Below, piece by piece: positions 59,398 to 64,000 of a DNA stretch of 64,000 nt. The DNA comes from a virus. How positions within the stretch are numbered: the stretch's first letter is position 1; every line of letters begins with the position of its first letter. The stretch lies in the IMG/VR virus record IMGVR_UViG_3300028284_000001. One strand, 5' to 3'. Position numbers and translations under genes: made by a program. The notes beneath the pieces were generated by a model. That model made no database searches. It saw nothing but the letters and a program-made list of their open reading frames with translations, and had not been told where the DNA came from.

Positions 59398-60074
59398 AGT
59401 CTAAATCCTAAATGTTTTGCACGAGCTTCCCATTTAACTAGGACTTCTGCTCTTTCTTTACTATTTATCTCCCCCATCTCTTCTTTTGAGTCTAGGTATC
59501 TATTTACAGCATCAATAGTCTTCTCACCTCTCTTCTTAGCCTCAAATCTTAAGCCTTGTAGATTTGCATCAACTTCTTTAGGTAGGAGTAAATAATGCAT
59601 CTTTGGTAACATGCCATTATTAATTAAAGCTCTCATCATATCATCTGGTTCATTAGGTTTACCCTTTCTATAATTACCAATGTCAATACCATCTTGAGTA
59701 ATATGTTCAATCTCATGCCTTAAGACATCTGCTAAAACAAAGTAAATCTCTTCCCAATAAGTAGGTAACCAATCTGGATTACAAGCAAAATCTATATTAA
59801 TAAATGGATCTTGCCAATCACCTTCATCATCTTCATCTCTGCCATCAGCTCCAGTTGAATTTAGGACTTCAAATCCCTTGCCTTTAAAATAAATTGAACA
59901 GTTTAGGTCAAATGTAAGACCTGGGTTCTGTACTTCAAATGAGTAACTAGAAGATTTTTTGCCGTTCTCAAAATCTAATACCCACTGTTTAAAACAATCA
60001 CCTAATAATTTATTAGAGATAGAATCTAGTTTTGTATATCTTTCAAATATAGCCTTTGATTTAATATGCTTCAT
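59394..60074 (-). CDS. Zincin-like metallopeptidase with MKHIK leader
   Basis: HEIEH (HExxH) plus downstream Y..L.KEVDA third-ligand motif; late motif 60078-60086. Confidence 0.7.
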   Translation of the reverse strand: MKHIKSKAIFERYTKLDSISNKLLGDCFKQWVLDFENGKKSSSYSFEVQNPGLTFDLNCSIYFKGKGFEVLNSTGADGRDEDDEGDWQDPFINIDFACNPDWLPTYWEEIYFVLADVLRHEIEHITQDGIDIGNYRKGKPNEPDDMMRALINNGMLPKMHYLLLPKEVDANLQGLRFEAKKRGEKTIDAVNRYLDSKEEMGEINSKERAEVLVKWEARAKHLGFRL

Positions 60075-60090
60075 TTATTATATATCAAAC

Positions 60091-60121
60091 AAAAAAAGGG
60101 ACCTAAATTAATAGATCCCTT
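60091..60121 (-). terminator. Intrinsic terminator
   Basis: AAGGGATCTA-ttaatt-TAGGTCCCTT followed by a T run; lies just before the late promoter. Confidence 0.8.
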
Positions 60122-60154
60122 GCTCCTTAGTTTTTTATCGTCTAGCCTAAATAA

Positions 60155-60400
60155 TTAACTGTTTACGGAGCCTGGTTGTGAGATGTCTGTGTCTCCGTTG
60201 TTGTCAACAAAGATTTCATCTAATGTAGCTAAGCAATCATTTGCATTGGTTGCTTGTTCTACGAGTTTTGCCATTTCTTCAATAACTTGTGGGTGTTCCC
60301 CAATTCCTACTGAATTCTTAACGTACACTTCAAGTGTCGCAATTGCTTCTAATTTATCAGCTTGGAACCTTGCTCTAAGAGCATCTACTTTTAAATTCAT
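60155..60400 (-). CDS. Small conserved phage protein (GIGEH motif)
   Basis: NSVGIGEHP motif that I recall from T4-like marine phage hypotheticals. Confidence 0.7.
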   Translation of the reverse strand: MNLKVDALRARFQADKLEAIATLEVYVKNSVGIGEHPQVIEEMAKLVEQATNANDCLATLDEIFVDNNGDTDISQPGSVNS

Positions 60401-60402
60401 AA

Positions 60403-60612
60403 TTAATTATTATTTAATTTAATTTCATTGATAATACCTTGTACTCCTGTAAAGATAATTGCAAATCCTAAAACATTCCAGAATTGCGGCTCGCCTACAT
60501 AGAGGAAAGAAGCTACCATCCAAATAATACCTATTAGGTAAAAGTACTGGTCTGATGCTGATTTAAGAATTGATTTAACTACTGAAGTTGCTGCTTTTAA
60601 AAACTTTTTCAT
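60403..60612 (-). CDS. Small two-TM membrane protein
   Basis: Two hydrophobic helices; middle-type motif TGAAAC-N18-TATAAC at 60631-60660. Confidence 0.65.
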   Translation of the reverse strand: MKKFLKAATSVVKSILKSASDQYFYLIGIIWMVASFLYVGEPQFWNVLGFAIIFTGVQGIINEIKLNNN

Positions 60613-60631
60613 ATTAATGATTATTTAAGGG

Positions 60632-61555
60632 TTATACTAGTTGTGATGCAAATTGTTTCACATATTTTTGTACAGCTAATTCCTTAGCCTTTGCTTCTAA
60701 CTCAATGTCTAAATTAAGACCATAAGTATTGATGTGCTCATAAATGTAATCCGCATGAGCCCTTGCCATTACAGAAGCGTCCTCGTGTATTTGCTTGCAC
60801 GAAGAGTAGTGGCATAATTGTTTAACGTCTTTAGGCCAAGTTGTTGAAGCCATTTTAAGAGCTTCCTCCTGCGTCAACTCGCCTGGGTGACACCAATGGT
60901 GATGGTAATCAAATGTAATTGGAATACCAACCTTGCTGTAAATGCCCATATAAAGATCTTCTACTGCGTATTGTTTTTGTTTGTCATCATTTTCTACTAC
61001 AAGTCTGCTTTTAACAGATGGGTCAAGTTCATTGAATGCATCTACAAATCTTTGCATAGATTCTTCTTTACCACCTTGTGTAGTATTGATATGTATATTG
61101 ATCGCAGCATAGGGAGTACGAGGTAGACCCATAAGGTCAAATATTTCACCGTGCTTGTTGAGATCAGCAATGGATTTGGTGACAACGTTTTCATTTAGTG
61201 ACGCGAGGACATCGAATGGTCCAGGGTGGAATGTAATCCTCTGTCCGTACTCCCTAGCCAGATCGCCACAATCCTCTAGGATAGTTCTAATAATTTTAAA
61301 ATCTTTTAGATCTGAGATATTATACTCTGACATCCATGGCATAATATCTGAAGACATACGATATAGTTTAAGGCCGTTAGCCTCATTCCATTTAATAATA
61401 GTACGTAGATCTTTACAGTTTTGTACAATAAGTTCTGAAGCGTAGTCCATACCTTTAGCTACAAAGGTACGTTTAATCATAGAACGATTTGTAGTAATAC
61501 TTGGTTTTTGTTGTCGGAGTTGCATATTGATGCAACAATATCCATAGTTTGTCAT
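60632..61555 (-). CDS. uvsE: UV-damage endonuclease (UvsE/UVDE), start revised to MTNYG
   Basis: GYCCIN, YRMSS, TFHPG, ENDD, FDYHHH, HYS, HAD, ELEAKAKE; the ATG at 61573 overlaps the promoter -10 box. Confidence 0.92.
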   Translation of the reverse strand: MTNYGYCCINMQLRQQKPSITTNRSMIKRTFVAKGMDYASELIVQNCKDLRTIIKWNEANGLKLYRMSSDIMPWMSEYNISDLKDFKIIRTILEDCGDLAREYGQRITFHPGPFDVLASLNENVVTKSIADLNKHGEIFDLMGLPRTPYAAINIHINTTQGGKEESMQRFVDAFNELDPSVKSRLVVENDDKQKQYAVEDLYMGIYSKVGIPITFDYHHHWCHPGELTQEEALKMASTTWPKDVKQLCHYSSCKQIHEDASVMARAHADYIYEHINTYGLNLDIELEAKAKELAVQKYVKQFASQLV

Positions 61556-61582
61556 AAGGCTAGATTTATTCATTATAGTGGT

Positions 61583-62170
61583 TTATTGGTAATTGTTCCA
61601 GTTTAAAAACTCTCGCCAATCATGTTTTTTAATTAGCTTAGTCCAAAGCATAATATACTTTCTCTCTTTAGGTTTTAGTATATGTCTTGGTTGTTCTAAA
61701 ATTAATCTCGGTTGCTTGTCCGGATTAAAATGTTTATTTAAGGCAATTGACTTAATATGGAAATAAAGCTCTCTAGTAGTTCCATCGAACTCTTCCATTT
61801 CATTCTTAACTATTTCAGGATCTAGATTAAACTCTTCTGCAAGTTTATTCATAATATCTCTTAGTAATAAATGTTCTGCCTTTAAGTGAGCCTCCATCAT
61901 TTTAGTCTTACGCTTATTACGTTGTTTCCTAGCGTCAGCAATTGCCTCTTCTAATGTTTCGTCTTTAAGCCATGGAGACTCCTTTTGTATTCTCTTTACT
62001 TCAGCGTCGTAGATTGAATCTTCTAAGTAGATTTCTCTACCTAAGCTATTGACTTCAAATTCGCCGAACTCAATTCGCTGTAAGAGTTCGCTTGCTCCTT
62101 TGTAAAGATATTGCTTAGGGATTTTACGTACTCCCCAGAATCTACGCCACCAAGTAAATTGCCTACTCAT
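61583..62170 (-). CDS. Hypothetical protein
   Basis: 195 aa coupled ORF. Confidence 0.7.
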   Translation of the reverse strand: MSRQFTWWRRFWGVRKIPKQYLYKGASELLQRIEFGEFEVNSLGREIYLEDSIYDAEVKRIQKESPWLKDETLEEAIADARKQRNKRKTKMMEAHLKAEHLLLRDIMNKLAEEFNLDPEIVKNEMEEFDGTTRELYFHIKSIALNKHFNPDKQPRLILEQPRHILKPKERKYIMLWTKLIKKHDWREFLNWNNYQ

Positions 62171-62358
62171 TATATTCGATCTAGTTCTGAAATTAATTCT
62201 TTAATAGAACTGATTGCTAATTCGCATTCATTGTTTTCTGATTCTCCATCTTCTACTTCCATTTCTGCTAGAAAGTATAAGTCTCTAACTTCGTCGTCAA
62301 GTTGTGGGTATTGTTTTGAAATTCCTTCTGCGTACGTTTTAAGATTTGATAATGTCAT
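62170..62358 (-). CDS. Small acidic hypothetical protein
   Basis: 62 aa; ATAAAC-N17-TATAAT upstream. Confidence 0.65.
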   Translation of the reverse strand: MTLSNLKTYAEGISKQYPQLDDEVRDLYFLAEMEVEDGESENNECELAISSIKELISELDRI

Positions 62359-62410
62359 AGTTTAATTTATTTAGGTTATACAGTTATTATAGTTTAAAAT
62401 TGGTTAATGT

Positions 62411-62659
62411 TTATGGTCTGAACCTGCCCAAAGAGCTATTGAATTCGTCTTCCTCTATTTTACGGATTCTGTCTGATTCTTCTCTTGCGTCTGCCCAATC
62501 ATCTGCAAATTTACACATGATTTTCTTTTCTTCATCCAGGAATGTCTTAGCAATAGCGATTGCATATTCCATACCTTGCCAAACTTCCTTTGGACTGTTT
62601 TCTAATTCTTCTTGCATTGCCTCGATCAATAACGAGACTGGTGTTTGTCTTTTACTCAT
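62411..62659 (-). CDS. Small hypothetical protein
   Basis: 82 aa coupled ORF. Confidence 0.65.
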   Translation of the reverse strand: MSKRQTPVSLLIEAMQEELENSPKEVWQGMEYAIAIAKTFLDEEKKIMCKFADDWADAREESDRIRKIEEDEFNSSLGRFRP

Positions 62660-63173
62660 AAGCTGCGGGTGATGTTAAACCAGAATATGCACAGTATTCT
62701 TTCTCGCTGTCATAAACTAGTGTTGCGTTAAACGTTTCGATTAATTTCTTTTCATTAAATCCTGCGTGGCCATGGATTGATTTACCTCCAGTCGCTTTCG
62801 CTTCTAAGACTGGCATGATAACATCAGTCGGTACCTCGTAGATTTTCTTGATGGTAACTCCATCTCTAACGGCAAAGTACATATTATTCGTTTGCGCGTA
62901 TTTTTCAATTTTGTTTTCAGATAACCAATGGAACTGGAAAGTACCAGATTTACCCTTGTTTCTCATGTTGATTGCCTTATATTCTGTAGGCGTTTCAGTG
63001 GCATCTAATGCGTCGCCACCCTGGGTATTGTTACCATACTCATGGCCTAAATGATTTGCCATGAACATCTCTATGAACCTCTCATTATAGAATATATTGT
63101 CAAGTCCTAGTTGATCTTTGGCGATTTGTTCTGCCTCTTGCAGAAGTGATTGTATTTGTTTTATTGCTTCCAT
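62652..63173 (-). CDS. PvuII-like PD-(D/E)xK restriction endonuclease
   Basis: GLDNIF..GGDALD....EYKAIN..IEKY.Q...FA..G..I..IY parallels R.PvuII as I recall it (GINDIF..GNDAVD....ELKSIN..IAKYRQ..FA..G..I..IY); similar length. Confidence 0.65.
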   Translation of the reverse strand: MEAIKQIQSLLQEAEQIAKDQLGLDNIFYNERFIEMFMANHLGHEYGNNTQGGDALDATETPTEYKAINMRNKGKSGTFQFHWLSENKIEKYAQTNNMYFAVRDGVTIKKIYEVPTDVIMPVLEAKATGGKSIHGHAGFNEKKLIETFNATLVYDSEKEYCAYSGLTSPAAYE

Positions 63174-63203
63174 ATTAGTATAATTACATGTTTATTTTAA
63201 AAT

Positions 63204-63413
63204 TTACAAACTATGGCCAATTTTTTCATGTAATCTTTTCATGTGCTTACATGGAGTATATCGGCTAAACTCTCTGGCTTTACATTCACAGTCTACAATT
63301 TTATGATCTGTTACCTTTACATTGTAGTAGGATAACTTACCAGTCTTTTTGCTTCTGGAACCCATCTCGCGGTAATACCACGAAGTACCCTTTGGTAGTG
63401 AGTAGATGCCCAT
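63204..63413 (-). CDS. SWIM zinc-finger protein
   Basis: Y.V...DCECK.......CKH. Confidence 0.75.
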   Translation of the reverse strand: MGIYSLPKGTSWYYREMGSRSKKTGKLSYYNVKVTDHKIVDCECKAREFSRYTPCKHMKRLHEKIGHSL

Positions 63414-63727
63414 TAAGCTTCTACTCTATCGTGAACAGGAATCGGCGCTCTGCCAGGAAACCTTGAATCTGAAGTGTGGATAAAATTACCACCGAACATT
63501 GAATGTTTATTACTCTTGTAAATTCCAGCAGGAACTGCATACCAGGCATCTTCTCCGAATAAGCTTCTTTCTACTAAAACCAATTCATCATCTGGAATTA
63601 AAGTAAGATCTGCTAAATCAGTATCAGGACCGTGATGCAGAACGATTGAGTCTTCTCTTGAAGTAAGACCATTGTTTGTTGAATCTCCCATGGAGTTTCT
63701 AAGTACGAATGTTAAAATGTTTGACAT
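63413..63727 (-). CDS. Hypothetical early protein
   Basis: First gene after cassette copy 3; MFGGNF..SDSRF..IPVHDR motif. Confidence 0.75.
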   Translation of the reverse strand: MSNILTFVLRNSMGDSTNNGLTSREDSIVLHHGPDTDLADLTLIPDDELVLVERSLFGEDAWYAVPAGIYKSNKHSMFGGNFIHTSDSRFPGRAPIPVHDRVEA

Positions 63728-63738
63728 AGTGTTTGTTT

Positions 63739-63819
63739 GTTTTTAATTACAGTACTAATATACGAAAAAAAACTGACATAAAAAAATATTATGGCAGTTT
63801 TTTTGCAAAGTTATTAACA
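63739..63819 (-). promoter_or_regulatory. Early promoter cassette, copy 3
   Basis: Reverse complement reads TGTTAATAACTTTG...TTTTTTATGTCA-N7/8-TTCGTATATTAGTACTGTAATTAAAAAC. Confidence 0.85.
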
Positions 63820-63820
63820 A

Positions 63821-64000
63821 TTAAGATAATAAAGCAAATATAGCATCAATGTCTTCTCTAGATTGCCAGCCAGCAACTTCTTCATGGTGCTCTTTAATAA
63901 ACAAGTCTGTAATAAACCTGCCTTCTGGATCTATAATAGCAATTTCAAATGAACTGTATTCAGTAGGACTGTTTAAATTCTCACGAGGAGTACAGTAAAC
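63821..64000 (-). CDS. C-terminal part of a small hypothetical protein
   Basis: Open frame VYCTPREN..EYSSFEIA..EVAGW..LLS* running in from the window edge. Confidence 0.65.
   Translation of the reverse strand, partial: VYCTPRENLNSPTEYSSFEIAIIDPEGRFITDLFIKEHHEEVAGWQSREDIDAIFALLS

Noticed and set aside
3762-63054. Numerous plus-strand ORFs in the track (e.g. 5492-6097, 12411-12821, 28310-28765, 42606-43031)
   Set aside because: All lie inside well-supported minus-strand genes, have shadow-like composition, often non-ATG starts, and lack the early cassette that marks the two credible plus genes.
1-64000. Stop-codon reassignment as seen in some large Bacteroidota phages
   Set aside because: Standard code gives dense, long, coupled ORFs, and TAG and TGA both end genes at sensible positions.

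Overview
AT-rich segment of a large T4-like (myovirus-type, probably jumbo) phage genome, almost entirely coded on the minus strand. A Bacteroidota host is inferred from the lack of Shine-Dalgarno sites, a near-TAnnTTTG promoter box, BACON-like domains and a Bacteroidota-type N-terminus on a phage ribosomal protein S1. Gene order by coordinate: two ligase-fold (KxDG) nucleotidyltransferases; a replication/recombination block (UvsW, UvsY, primase, gp32 SSB, RuvC-like); a long tail/baseplate/fibre module (gp3-, gp6-, gp25-, gp13-, gp5-, gp53-like, giant Ig-rich proteins, a fibre ending in a Hint domain) interrupted by an amidoligase and a four-domain S1; a DinG helicase / 2OG-Fe(II) oxygenase / dCMP deaminase block; a cluster of probable capsid-internal proteins; then UvsE, an orphan PvuII-like nuclease and small early genes. 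The most striking unexplained pattern is a probable capsid cargo system: about nine proteins share an MK(Y/H)IK/xxF.E-type leader, and several are strings of unrelated domains separated by ESV(x)NE linkers that look like prohead-protease sites. Three distinct promoter classes can be read from the intergenic DNA, including a dispersed ~45-85 bp early cassette driving the only two plus-strand genes and a late motif sitting exactly 3 nt before the ATG of five genes. All family assignments are from motif recognition by eye; no searches were run.
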